A stretch of 64,000 nucleotides of DNA from an uncultured Candidatus Saccharibacteria bacterium. GTDB lineage: Bacteria; Patescibacteriota; Minisyncoccia; Phycocordibacterales; Phycocordibacteraceae. The stretch lies in NCBI GenBank assembly GCA_964469405.1, contig CAYXYP010000005.1, positions 54 through 64,053 on the forward strand. The letters run 5' to 3'. Positions 26,993 to 36,636 of this stretch are shown in pieces. Position numbers and translations under genes: made by a program. How positions within the stretch are numbered: position 1 is the stretch's first letter; each line of letters starts with the position of its first letter. The notes beneath the pieces are model-generated. The model worked only from the letters and a program-made list of their open reading frames with translations. It searched no databases and had not been told where the DNA came from.

Positions 26993-28768
26993 CTATTTCA
27001 CTTTATGAACTCCGTGGTATTTTGAAAAATAAGAGTTTGGCCGTTCCGCAAGCTCGTGTGGCGTTCCCTCTTCGATAATATTCCCGTGGTCGAGCACCAA
27101 TAAACGATCGGCGTGCTCAATGGTGCTCAGTCGGTGCGCAATAATGAAGACCGTCACGGAGCCGTGGAGTGCACGAATGGATTCTTGTATGAGCTTCTCC
27201 GATGCTGAATCGAGCGCACTTGTCGCTTCATCGAGTATGAGAAGCGCAGGCGAGCCCGCAAGCGCCCGTGCGAGTGCGATACGTTGGCGCTGCCCGCCCG
27301 AGAGCATAACGCCTCTATCGCCGGTCTTCGTTTCGAACTTTTCGGGTAGCCCCATGATGAAGTCATAGATACTAGCCTGTTTCGCCGCCGCCACAATGTC
27401 CTTGTCTGAGAGTTCGGGCCGATAAAAACGGATGTTCTCTTCAAGGGTGCCATTGAAGAGAAAAACATCCTGCGCGACATATCCGACATTTTTTCTCCAT
27501 TTTTCAATATCAATTTCATCTGCTTTAATCCCGTCAAGAAATACGCTGCCACTAGTAGGACGAAACAGGCGCAAAATAATATCGGCAACTGAAGTCTTTC
27601 CTGCTCCCGATGGACCGATGAGCCCAATAGTCTCCCCTCGCGCAATTGAGAACGACACGTCCGTGAGAACTGGCTGCGACCCAGCATACGCGAACGAGAC
27701 GTGGTCGAATACCAGCGAATTACTAAACACAAATGGACTCTTCCCTTGTCCGGTCTGTTCGCGATGCTCGGCAAGCATGTTCTTAAAGTTTGAAATATTT
27801 TGTGCGTAGGGTAACAATTGACTTATAGCAAGAAGCGCATTCTGTCCGGACTCAAGATAGGTGAATATTTTTTGAATAAGGTATAGTGCCGCTGCAAAAG
27901 ATATGATACTGAAGCCAGGCGTGTTGTAGGTCAGTACGAAAAGAATGACAACAAGAACAAGGCTGGCTGGCTGGAATAAACTCGAGCTTACAGAGTGGAC
28001 AAGTGCCTGCCGTATGGAGAGCTCCCGCAACAAACGTATGTGCGTAGTACCACCGACAAGCGCGACATGCTCCGCACCGGCGGCTTTGATAGACTTCATG
28101 CCGATAATATGTTCGCTCAAGAATTGCGAGAATTGTTTCTCCAAGCTCGTTATTTTTTCGCTAATATTTCGTGTACGACGGAGAAGTGGCCGCACTACAA
28201 AGAGAACAACGACACCCCCACCGAGTGTATAAAATGTCATGGTCGGCGATATATTTATTGCCACCAAGAGATACATTAGAAATCCGCTGAAAGATTGTAC
28301 AAGTTGTGCGACTCCTCCAAGAACTCCACCCGTTTGTTGAATATCCCGCACCAGAGTGTTGTGCATGGTACCTATCTTCTGTTTCAATAAAAACGGCCAT
28401 GAAGAAAGAAGGGTGTGACGCAACACCTCTTCGCTCTCTTTACCAAGAAAGTCGGCACCTATCCATCCACGAATATAGCCGAACACCACCATCGACACGG
28501 CACGCAGTATGAAAAGCCCAAGAATGAAGCCGAGTAAGTACCGGAAACTAAAAGGTATATGAAGAAAACCAAACAGTGTTTGAATTGCATGCGTAATAAA
28601 ATCCGTCGGCCCGCCACTAGCGCCGTTGAAAAATGATATGAGTGGTATAACGGCATTGATTCCAATACCTTCCAATATGGCACTCAGGAAGCCAAACATC
28701 ACCAACGCTATAATGTGCCAACGGTATTGACTGAATATGTGCCAGAGTGTCGCAAAAGCGTTCTTCAT
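26993..28768 (-). CDS. ABC exporter, fused permease and ATPase (MsbA-like)
   Basis: 591 aa. Six TM helices, Walker A GPSGAGKTS, signature LSGGQRQRIALARAL, Walker B LILDEATSALD. Confidence 0.9.
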   Translation of the reverse strand: MKNAFATLWHIFSQYRWHIIALVMFGFLSAILEGIGINAVIPLISFFNGASGGPTDFITHAIQTLFGFLHIPFSFRYLLGFILGLFILRAVSMVVFGYIRGWIGADFLGKESEEVLRHTLLSSWPFLLKQKIGTMHNTLVRDIQQTGGVLGGVAQLVQSFSGFLMYLLVAINISPTMTFYTLGGGVVVLFVVRPLLRRTRNISEKITSLEKQFSQFLSEHIIGMKSIKAAGAEHVALVGGTTHIRLLRELSIRQALVHSVSSSLFQPASLVLVVILFVLTYNTPGFSIISFAAALYLIQKIFTYLESGQNALLAISQLLPYAQNISNFKNMLAEHREQTGQGKSPFVFSNSLVFDHVSFAYAGSQPVLTDVSFSIARGETIGLIGPSGAGKTSVADIILRLFRPTSGSVFLDGIKADEIDIEKWRKNVGYVAQDVFLFNGTLEENIRFYRPELSDKDIVAAAKQASIYDFIMGLPEKFETKTGDRGVMLSGGQRQRIALARALAGSPALLILDEATSALDSASEKLIQESIRALHGSVTVFIIAHRLSTIEHADRLLVLDHGNIIEEGTPHELAERPNSYFSKYHGVHKVK

Positions 28769-28852
28769 GAATTGGTCCTAACTATAACCTGTATAAGTCA
28801 CCAAAAGCTACCACTTCGCTTTTTCTCTATGAAATCGATCATTCTGTGAGAA

Positions 28853-29791
28853 TTACCGCCGGATGGAAGCTTTGCGCGAACCAGGATAACTCGACTGTTT
28901 ATATTTGTAATCCGGCACGAGCTGTTGCGAGGTGATGATATACATACTCGAAGTCTCAAGCATATGCGAGCACTCCTCTTTGGTAAAAAGTTCTTCGTCG
29001 AGCTTCTCACCTGGACGAAGCCCGGTAAACGTTATCGCGATCTTCTTGCCGTTACCGAACTTCTCGATGAGTTCGCGAGCGAAGTCGACAATGAGGCGTT
29101 CCTTCATCTTAAGTACAAATATCTCTCCCCCGCGCATTATCCGTGCAGCCTCAAAAATAAGACCGGCAGCTTCGGGTATCTCCATGAAAAAACGACTCAC
29201 CCGCTTGTGGGTGATGGTCACTGGACCTCCTTCCTCTATCTGGCGCCGCCATAGATGCATGACTGAACCGCGCGAACCTACTACATTACCGAAGCGCACA
29301 CACGAGAAGCGCGTGCGGGAGCGCCCCACCGTGAGATTCGCAGCCGCGATAAGACGTTCCGCCATAAGTTTAGAAGCCCCCAGAACTGATTCAGGGCTCA
29401 CGGCTTTGTCGGTCGAGACGGCGATAACTTTCTCAAGATTATTCTTGATAGCGACATCAATCACATTCTGCGTGCCAATAGTATTCGTTTTGAGCGCTTC
29501 GAAAGGATTGTATTCACAAAATGATACGTGTTTGAGCGCCGCTGCATGGAAGCAAATGTCTACGTCTCTAAAGGCGAAATCCAGCCGATCCTTGTCACGC
29601 ACATCACCGATAAGAAATGTGAGGCGCGGGTCTGCTCCGAGCTCTTGACGCAACTCATGCTGTTTGTGCTCATCACGGCTATAGATACGTATTTTTGAAA
29701 CAGTTGTTTTGAGTAGTTGGCGCACAATCTCAGAACCGATAGAACCGGTTCCTCCCGTTACGATAACGTCCTTATTTTTGAATTCTTTCAT
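28853..29791 (-). CDS. UDP-GlcNAc 4,6-dehydratase-like (PseB/FlaA1/CapD family)
   Basis: 312 aa. VIVTGGTGSIGSE...IRIYSRDEHKQ matches PseB/FlaA1. Confidence 0.8.
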   Translation of the reverse strand: MKEFKNKDVIVTGGTGSIGSEIVRQLLKTTVSKIRIYSRDEHKQHELRQELGADPRLTFLIGDVRDKDRLDFAFRDVDICFHAAALKHVSFCEYNPFEALKTNTIGTQNVIDVAIKNNLEKVIAVSTDKAVSPESVLGASKLMAERLIAAANLTVGRSRTRFSCVRFGNVVGSRGSVMHLWRRQIEEGGPVTITHKRVSRFFMEIPEAAGLIFEAARIMRGGEIFVLKMKERLIVDFARELIEKFGNGKKIAITFTGLRPGEKLDEELFTKEECSHMLETSSMYIITSQQLVPDYKYKQSSYPGSRKASIRR

Positions 29792-30908
29792 GTTCCTGAA
29801 GTGTCGCGTCTAAAATTTTTACTATATTTTTTACATCTTGTCTAGTGAGCCCAATATAGAACGGAAGCGCGAGCGCAGAAGAACTCTTTCTCTCTGATAG
29901 AGGGAAATTCCCTTCGGCGTACCCGAAACGATCTTGATAGAATGAGAAGAGATGTATAGACGGCAAATACGGCTTACTGCTTACTCCTTTTTTCGCTAAA
30001 TCTTGTATGACGTTATCACGCGATGTGTTCGCGTTTCTAATCTGCACCACGTAGACAAACCATGTGTGAGTCGCCTCGGGTGAGATGCGGGGAATTTCCA
30101 CCAATGAATCTAACCGTTCTAATTCTTTTGCATACCAGCTGGCAATCTCTTGACGTTTTTTTATAAGAAAATTCATCTTCTCTATTTGTGCCAAACCTAC
30201 CGCAGCACTCATTTCATCCATGCGATAGTTGTATCCCAAGTATTGGTGATCGAGCCATTGCATGTTGGACGACCGTCCTTGGTTGCGCAAACTTCGACAC
30301 ATCTCATCAACAGACTTGTCGTTGGTGACAATCATGCCACCCTCCCCCGTTGTCATTTGTTTGTTTGCATAGAACGCAAAAACGCCTGACTGCCCGAATG
30401 TTCCTGCCATCTTTCCTTTGTACGTCGCACCGAGAGACTCACAGGCATCTTCGACTACGACAAGATTATGTTTCTTTGCGATTTTCATAATGGTCCCCAT
30501 ATCGGCAGGTTGCCCAAAAATATGTACGGGCAAAATCGCTTTTGTCTTTTTTGTTATAGCTTTTTCAATTTCTTTCGGATCTATATTGCCAGTCCTAGGA
30601 TCAATATCGACGAATACAGGCTTGGCACCGACATACAGAATCGCGTTCGCAGAGGCTATGAATGAGAATGGAGACGTTATGACCTCATCGCCTTCCTTTA
30701 TTCCTGCAGCAATGAGTGCGAGATGTAGTCCTGCCGTACCACTCGAAACGGCACAGGCGTATTTGGTACCAGTAAATTGTGCGAATTTCTTTTCAAATGC
30801 TTGTATCTTAGGACCAATACTGAGAACGCCGGAGCGCAATACTTCCAGAACGTATTTCTCCTCTTTTTTGCCAATATGAGGCCGCGCCATTTGATATGAT
30901 TTTTTCAT
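29772..30908 (-). CDS. DegT/DnrJ/EryC1/StrS-family PLP sugar aminotransferase (PseC-like)
   Basis: 378 aa. SSGTAGLHLAL...ESLGA...SFYANKQMTTGEGG. Confidence 0.9.
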   Translation of the reverse strand: MKKSYQMARPHIGKKEEKYVLEVLRSGVLSIGPKIQAFEKKFAQFTGTKYACAVSSGTAGLHLALIAAGIKEGDEVITSPFSFIASANAILYVGAKPVFVDIDPRTGNIDPKEIEKAITKKTKAILPVHIFGQPADMGTIMKIAKKHNLVVVEDACESLGATYKGKMAGTFGQSGVFAFYANKQMTTGEGGMIVTNDKSVDEMCRSLRNQGRSSNMQWLDHQYLGYNYRMDEMSAAVGLAQIEKMNFLIKKRQEIASWYAKELERLDSLVEIPRISPEATHTWFVYVVQIRNANTSRDNVIQDLAKKGVSSKPYLPSIHLFSFYQDRFGYAEGNFPLSERKSSSALALPFYIGLTRQDVKNIVKILDATLQEHERIQK

Positions 30909-30963
30909 GGCATACAGAATATTGAATTATACCACTATAACCTCGCATTGATAAGTTTGGTTA

Positions 30964-31740
30964 CTAATTCTTGCCCTCTTCTATATGCACTTGAATGCTG
31001 TATTTTTTACCGTCGACGATAATGTATGCAGCTTCGGCAATACTGTTTGTCGTAAGAGCACGCAGTTTGTCTATAATCTCCCGAGCAGGGTATGTTTTAT
31101 TGAGATCAATCTCTTGAATTCCTGCCATATCACTCTTTTTATGACTCGTCATCTTCGTGTGATCTTGTGGGGTAGGAATATAGGTACCGGATACCAAGCG
31201 AGACCAGAAATCTACAAATACATCATACTCAAGCGCGAGGGCTTTTTGATACAGAGAATTCGCTGTGTCGGTTTGGTCAATCGCCAATTTTTTTTGTGCG
31301 AGTATGTCTCCCTGGTCAAGCTGCTCCTTCATGAAGTGCAGCGTCGCACCATAGGGAGTGCCGTCGATAATTGCCCAGCTCGGCGTATGCCAACCGCGGT
31401 TATACGGTAAATACGCGGGATGCAAGTTCAAAAAACCTCTGTGCGGAATCTCAAGTACTTCTTTTGGGATGATGTAGGGGTAATGAATCCCAATAATATA
31501 GTCTGGGTCTATCTTGCGCAGGAGTGCTACAGACTCCGCACTCCGGAAGTCTTTACCCACAATAATTCGTGCTGATGGAAGAAAGTTGCATAAAGACTTG
31601 AGTTCTTCCGCATGTGAAGCCTCCGGACCATCTGCCACGAGTAGAGCCTCGGGCTTGCAACCATGTGCAAACATAAATTGTAGTATTTTAACTGAGAGTG
31701 CACGATCACCGGCAAATACAATTTTTGGAAAGGGAGTCAT
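30964..31740 (-). CDS. Sugar N-formyltransferase (Fmt/ArnA-N-terminal-like formyl_trans_N domain)
   Basis: GFLNLHPAYLPYNRGWHTPSWAI with H and D motifs of the formyltransferase family. Start chosen at ATG 31740 (MTPFPKIVFAG). The ORF extends to 31818 but that would overlap the upstream gene. Confidence 0.7.
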   Translation of the reverse strand: MTPFPKIVFAGDRALSVKILQFMFAHGCKPEALLVADGPEASHAEELKSLCNFLPSARIIVGKDFRSAESVALLRKIDPDYIIGIHYPYIIPKEVLEIPHRGFLNLHPAYLPYNRGWHTPSWAIIDGTPYGATLHFMKEQLDQGDILAQKKLAIDQTDTANSLYQKALALEYDVFVDFWSRLVSGTYIPTPQDHTKMTSHKKSDMAGIQEIDLNKTYPAREIIDKLRALTTNSIAEAAYIIVDGKKYSIQVHIEEGKN

Positions 31741-31750
31741 ATATTCGAAA

Positions 31751-32896
31751 TCATGCGTCGTTAAATTCTTTATATCGCAGGCGTGGATGATTGAGGAGAC
31801 GCTCGAGAAGAGCAACAATTTTTTTGCCCACGCCTCCTTTGCCGTACGGGCTTTTTGCTTTCTTCGTCATCTTCACAAAGTCCGGGGAAAGGACTTTCTG
31901 CATCCCTTTGCAAATGTTTGTCGCATCATAGTCGGCTTCGAGCACATTTGACCCGCGTTCACGGTCGCGCTGACGACCGCCAATCGAGAGTATCGGGATG
32001 TGAAGGGCTCCGGACTCGATAATGCCAGCGCTTGAATTCCCCACCATGCATGCAGCTTGTTTAAACACATTAAGAAATGTCTCACGCTCAAAGGTACGGA
32101 AAAGATGGAAGCGATCCTTCCTTTCCATCTTTTCAAATTCCTCAATAAAGGCAGCGGAGCCAGTGTCCGAGTTCGGATAGACCACTATTTTTTCATCGTC
32201 TTTGTACTCAGTCCCAAGAACATACAGAAGCGGCTTGACCTGCTCTTTAAGAGGTATCGGATCAGTAACGGTAGGATGATGCACTACGAGGATCCATCGA
32301 CGTGTAGGATCAAGTTTGAGTTTTTTTGCAACTGCCGCACGCGATGAGTATCGCATAGAGAGTATCTCATCGAAACCAGGAGCACCCACCACATGCACGC
32401 GCCATGGTTCTTCACCGAGCTGGCGCACGCGCCGTCCACTTGAAGGACAGATGGTGAAATGCAGGTTTGAGAATTTAGTGAGTGCATGCCGGGTTGGTTC
32501 GTCAATCACGAACCCCGAACGATCGCCGCCATGGATGTGCGCAATGGGGATATTGAGATGCGCCGCCGCCATGGCGGCGGCAAGCGGCTCATCGCGATCG
32601 CCGAGCACAAGGACGCAATCCGGTCGCGAGTGCATTAGAAAATCCCCGATGCCTTTCGTTTCTTTTGCAAGAGATTGGTACTGTTCGTCTTTCTCACTTA
32701 CGGGCACGGTCGCGACCACTGGGTAGCCGTCTTTTTTTACTTCTGTCTGCGTGTTGCCATATTTTTTTAGCGTATGCATCCCGGTAACCAAAACCGAGAG
32801 TGAAAAACATTTACTCTTCAGGAGCTCGTCCATCGTGGAGCGAAGCAGGCCGTATTCCGCCCGCGTACCAGTCACTACTAAAATCTTTTTTTTCAT
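31751..32896 (-). CDS. UDP-N-acetylglucosamine 2-epimerase, hydrolysing type (NeuC/LegG-like)
   Basis: Starts at MKKKILVVTGTRAEYGLL (ATG 32896, abutting the NeuB stop). HIHGGDRSG motif. Confidence 0.8.
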   Translation of the reverse strand: MKKKILVVTGTRAEYGLLRSTMDELLKSKCFSLSVLVTGMHTLKKYGNTQTEVKKDGYPVVATVPVSEKDEQYQSLAKETKGIGDFLMHSRPDCVLVLGDRDEPLAAAMAAAHLNIPIAHIHGGDRSGFVIDEPTRHALTKFSNLHFTICPSSGRRVRQLGEEPWRVHVVGAPGFDEILSMRYSSRAAVAKKLKLDPTRRWILVVHHPTVTDPIPLKEQVKPLLYVLGTEYKDDEKIVVYPNSDTGSAAFIEEFEKMERKDRFHLFRTFERETFLNVFKQAACMVGNSSAGIIESGALHIPILSIGGRQRDRERGSNVLEADYDATNICKGMQKVLSPDFVKMTKKAKSPYGKGGVGKKIVALLERLLNHPRLRYKEFNDA

Positions 32897-32897
32897 A

Positions 32898-33947
32898 TTA
32901 TGAAACGAACATCTCCCACTGTAAGGGCGTACCGCGAGGAATAATTTGTTTTGAAGTCTTGCCGATGACTTCATCAAAGTGTTTTGGAGCGATGCCCGTA
33001 CCCGGTCGTACAATGTAAACATCCTCGGATACTACGCGTACGCCTTCCGCGATATCGCGATGTGCGACTACGCTCTTGCGTGCGACACGAGCCGTATCAA
33101 GTTCTCCCTCAGTCGGTTTCTTTTCGGGCGAGCCGAGTGATTGCTCAACCATTCGAATGCAACGTATCATTTCTTTGAGTTCATTTGGCTCAAGTGACAT
33201 GACATGATCGGGTCCAGGCAATGTACGATCAAGAGTAAAATGTTTTTCTATTAGTTGCGCACCGAGGGCAACCGCTGCAATTGCGACGCATACACCTTCG
33301 CTGTGGTCAGAAAGACCGGTTGGAAGACCGAATTCGCTCGCGAGCGTCTGCATTGCACGCAAGTTGATATCAGCAGGCGGAGTTGGGTACTCGGAGGTAC
33401 AGTGGAATAGGGCAATTCCCGTCGCACCATTTTCTGTAAGGACGCTGAGTGCTTCGCGAACTTCTTCAAGCGTCCCCATACCAGTTGAGAGAATGACTGG
33501 TTTCCCTTTTTTCGCGATATGAGCAAGGAACGGCTGGTTCGTAAGTTCACCCGAAGGAATTTTGTACGCCGCAATATCAAGTGTTTCCAAAAAATCGGCG
33601 TCCGAGATGCTGAACGGTGTCGAGAGAAAAATTAATCCCTTTTTTTCTGCATATTTTTTAAGTGCTGCATGTTCTTTGCGTGGAAGCACCAGCCCGCGGA
33701 GCATGGCGATCTGACTCTCTTCTTTGCCAGTGTTCGTCGCCTGATACGCCGCTTGCGGCGCAACATCACTCACAATCTCTTCGGGTGTAAATGTTTGAAA
33801 CTTAACCGCATCCGCGCCAGCATCAGCCGCCACGTCTATGAGCTTGCGCGCGAGAACCATATCGCCATTATGGTTTACTCCTGCCTCTGCGATGATAAAG
33901 ATAGGATTATCCTTTCTTATTATTTTTTTTCCAATCTGTATTTCCAT
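32898..33947 (-). CDS. neuB: Nonulosonic acid synthase (NeuB/LegI/PseI family) with C-terminal SAF domain
   Basis: 349 aa. IIAEAGVNHNGD...VKFQTF canonical NeuB motifs. Confidence 0.9.
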   Translation of the reverse strand: MEIQIGKKIIRKDNPIFIIAEAGVNHNGDMVLARKLIDVAADAGADAVKFQTFTPEEIVSDVAPQAAYQATNTGKEESQIAMLRGLVLPRKEHAALKKYAEKKGLIFLSTPFSISDADFLETLDIAAYKIPSGELTNQPFLAHIAKKGKPVILSTGMGTLEEVREALSVLTENGATGIALFHCTSEYPTPPADINLRAMQTLASEFGLPTGLSDHSEGVCVAIAAVALGAQLIEKHFTLDRTLPGPDHVMSLEPNELKEMIRCIRMVEQSLGSPEKKPTEGELDTARVARKSVVAHRDIAEGVRVVSEDVYIVRPGTGIAPKHFDEVIGKTSKQIIPRGTPLQWEMFVS

Positions 33948-33950
33948 GAA

Positions 33951-34694
33951 CTACAGCGTCCAACCGCCATCGATGAGAAGATTCTGGCCCGTCATCATCT
34001 CTGATGCGTCGGAAGCAAGGAACACTACTGCCCCACTAATATGCTTGGGACTGAGTAGTCCTTTGCCCAAAAAAAGACGTCTGCTGTAGGCATCGATAAA
34101 TGACTGTGGGTAATTCCCCATGATGCCTCCCGGAGAGACCGCATTCACACGAACATTGTGGGATCCAAGCAATGCGGCAAAATAACGCACAAGAGACAGT
34201 GTGCCGCCCTTTGCTGCAGCATATTCTGCGGGCGTGGTCATATTCGTCCCCTCGTATATTTCAAGACGTGGTGCCGCCACACCGTATATTGAGCCAAGAA
34301 ACACAAGTGATCCGCTTTTTTGCCCTTTCAGCAATGGGAGAAACCCGCGCACGACAGTCATACATGTTTTAATGTGCATCGTGGTATTTTCAAGCATTTC
34401 GTCAAGGTCACCATCTTCGAATTTTTTACCGTAGTTCGCAGTCTTCGGATATGTCGCATTAATGACCACGTCAGCACGACCAAATTGCTCGCGTACTTTA
34501 TCCGCAAGGGCTTTAACCTCTTCTTCGCTCGTGGCATCGCACTTGATAAAAGCCACCCCTTCTGGAAGAAATGAGGACTCCTTGACGTCCGCCGACACAA
34601 CACGAGCGCCCTCTTCCGCACATGCGCGTACGAACTCCGAGCCGAGGAGCCCACCCCCGCCCATAACAACCACAATCTTGTTCGATAGAGTCAT
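33951..34694 (-). CDS. SDR-family oxidoreductase
   Basis: 247 aa. VVMGGGGLLG Rossmann motif and YxxxK (YAAAK). Confidence 0.8.
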   Translation of the reverse strand: MTLSNKIVVVMGGGGLLGSEFVRACAEEGARVVSADVKESSFLPEGVAFIKCDATSEEEVKALADKVREQFGRADVVINATYPKTANYGKKFEDGDLDEMLENTTMHIKTCMTVVRGFLPLLKGQKSGSLVFLGSIYGVAAPRLEIYEGTNMTTPAEYAAAKGGTLSLVRYFAALLGSHNVRVNAVSPGGIMGNYPQSFIDAYSRRLFLGKGLLSPKHISGAVVFLASDASEMMTGQNLLIDGGWTL

Positions 34695-34715
34695 ATGTGA
34701 GATTATGTTAGCATA

Positions 34716-35411
34716 ATGAGCGACCTCAACATACTCGCTATCATCCCGGCTCGCGGAGGCTCAAAAAGACTTCCTGGGAAAAATATTAAATCGCTCTTGG
34801 GTAAACCACTCATCGCCTGGACCATCGAGCAGACAAAGAAAAGCTTATTGATTAACACGGTAATCGTTAATACAGATTCTCCCCAGATAGCGAAGGTTTC
34901 AAAACTATATGGTGCCGATACTCCCTTTGTAAGGCCGGCTCGCCTAGCCACGGATACGGCCGCAAGTGCCGATATGGTTTTGCATACATTGAAATTTTAT
35001 GCCGATCATGGCGTATCATTCGACATTGTCGTTTTATTGGAACCGACCTCGCCGCTTCGTGCCGATGATGATATCGATAAAGCACTTGCCTCATTAATTA
35101 AAAACTTCGCTACTATGGACGGTCTTGTTAGTGTGGGCGCTGTTCACTTGGAAAAACCAGATATTCTTAAGAAAGTCGACCACGGCATCGTTGCCCCACT
35201 ATTCAAGAAATCCTCATCAGAGGGATTTTTTCCCTACGGCGTCATATACGCAGTAAAAACGCAGGCTTTCAAGAAGCATCCTACTTTTTACCAAAAGAAA
35301 ACACTTGCTTACCCTATTGAACGTTGGCAAAATTATGAGATTGATGACATCTACGACTTTCTTTGCGTTGAGGCCGTTTTGAAAAACCGTCTCGCATTGA
35401 AAGATACGTAG
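34716..35411 (+). CDS. neuA: CMP-nonulosonic acid synthetase (acylneuraminate cytidylyltransferase family)
   Basis: 231 aa. AIIPARGGSKRLPGKN motif. Confidence 0.85.
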   Translation: MSDLNILAIIPARGGSKRLPGKNIKSLLGKPLIAWTIEQTKKSLLINTVIVNTDSPQIAKVSKLYGADTPFVRPARLATDTAASADMVLHTLKFYADHGVSFDIVVLLEPTSPLRADDDIDKALASLIKNFATMDGLVSVGAVHLEKPDILKKVDHGIVAPLFKKSSSEGFFPYGVIYAVKTQAFKKHPTFYQKKTLAYPIERWQNYEIDDIYDFLCVEAVLKNRLALKDT

Positions 35412-35458
35412 GCCGCACTGCATTTGCAAAAACTATTTTTCGAGTTTACACTTCACGG

Positions 35459-36436
35459 ATGAAATTTCTCTTGATTGGCCTCGGCTCGATGGGTAAACGG
35501 CGGATACGCAATCTGCAGTATCTCAAAGCAAAACACATCGTAGGATTTGACACCCGTTTTGATAGGCGAAATGAAGCTGAGAGAAAGTACGGGATTACGA
35601 CGGTTGATGACTTACGTAAGCTGAAGATGGACGATTTCGACGCGATTGTCATTTCCACACCACCGGACAAACACAGTGTCTATATAGCATTAGCTATCAA
35701 GCATTCGAAGCCCGCTTTTGTTGAGGCAAGCGTCGTTCTTGGAGATCTGGAGAAATTAAACCGAGCTGCCGCAAAGAAGAAAATCTTTATTGCGCCGTCA
35801 TGTACACTCCGATTCCTTCCTTCGATTCAAACAATAAAAGGGCTTGTTCATGGTGGAAAATATGGGAAGGTTACGAACTTTAGTTATCACTGTGGGCTAT
35901 ATTTGCCAGACTGGCATCCGTGGGAAAAAGTCACCGACTATTATGTAAGCAAAAAGGAGACGGGTGCGGCGCGGGAGATTGTTCCATTTGAGTTGACATG
36001 GCTGTGCGACATCGTCGGCACTCCAAAAAGAGTTACGGCATATCGCGCAAGCACAATGAATGTAGGAGCGCCAATTGACGACACGTACGCCATTGCTATG
36101 GATTTTGGAAACTTCCTCGGCACTATGGTCGTAGACGTCGTTTCGCGCTATGGAATTCGCACTTTGTTACTAAACATGGAACACGGACAGGTCATGTGGC
36201 GCTGGGACGAGGATTTCGTAAAGTTATACGATTCACGAAGCAAACGATGGACACAGCTTCGACAAAGCAGAAGAGAAAGTGCGCCTGGGTATAACAAAAA
36301 CATACCTGAATATATGTATATTGAGGAAATGCGGACATTTATAGCAGCCACTAAAGGAAAAAAGGACTTCCCGAACACACTTCGGGATGACATTGGTATC
36401 CTCAAGTCCTTGATCGCGATGGAAAAAACGAAGTAA
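35459..36436 (+). CDS. Gfo/Idh/MocA-family NAD(P)-dependent oxidoreductase
   Basis: 325 aa. LLIGLGSMGKRRIRNL N-terminal Rossmann fold. Confidence 0.7.
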   Translation: MKFLLIGLGSMGKRRIRNLQYLKAKHIVGFDTRFDRRNEAERKYGITTVDDLRKLKMDDFDAIVISTPPDKHSVYIALAIKHSKPAFVEASVVLGDLEKLNRAAAKKKIFIAPSCTLRFLPSIQTIKGLVHGGKYGKVTNFSYHCGLYLPDWHPWEKVTDYYVSKKETGAAREIVPFELTWLCDIVGTPKRVTAYRASTMNVGAPIDDTYAIAMDFGNFLGTMVVDVVSRYGIRTLLLNMEHGQVMWRWDEDFVKLYDSRSKRWTQLRQSRRESAPGYNKNIPEYMYIEEMRTFIAATKGKKDFPNTLRDDIGILKSLIAMEKTK

Positions 36437-36636
36437 ATTAATCTCGTTCTGTTTCTCGCTTATTCAACCGCTCGAAATCGCTATAAGCTACTCTACAAAA
36501 ATCGTACGGCACTTAAAAAGTACTATCAAAGATTTTTCCTAATACAAAAAAGTTGTTAGCTGCAGTGATTGAAAGATATTGCGTGGGGGGGGATACAATG
36601 AAGCTCTTAACCGACTCTTTATAAGTATATAATTTC

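Noticed and set aside
31751-33022. Full 423-aa ORF for the NeuC-like gene, and the 31818 start for the formyltransferase
   Set aside because: The N-terminal extensions would overlap upstream genes by 68-125 nt and lack similarity to the families. Internal ATGs at 32896 and 31740 give canonical N-termini (MKKKILVVTG; MTPFPKIVFAG).
36560-36600. Sigma70-like promoter ttgcgt...tacaat upstream of the SPRY gene
   Set aside because: The hexamers are separated by only ~9 nt (a run of G), far from the 17-nt optimum.
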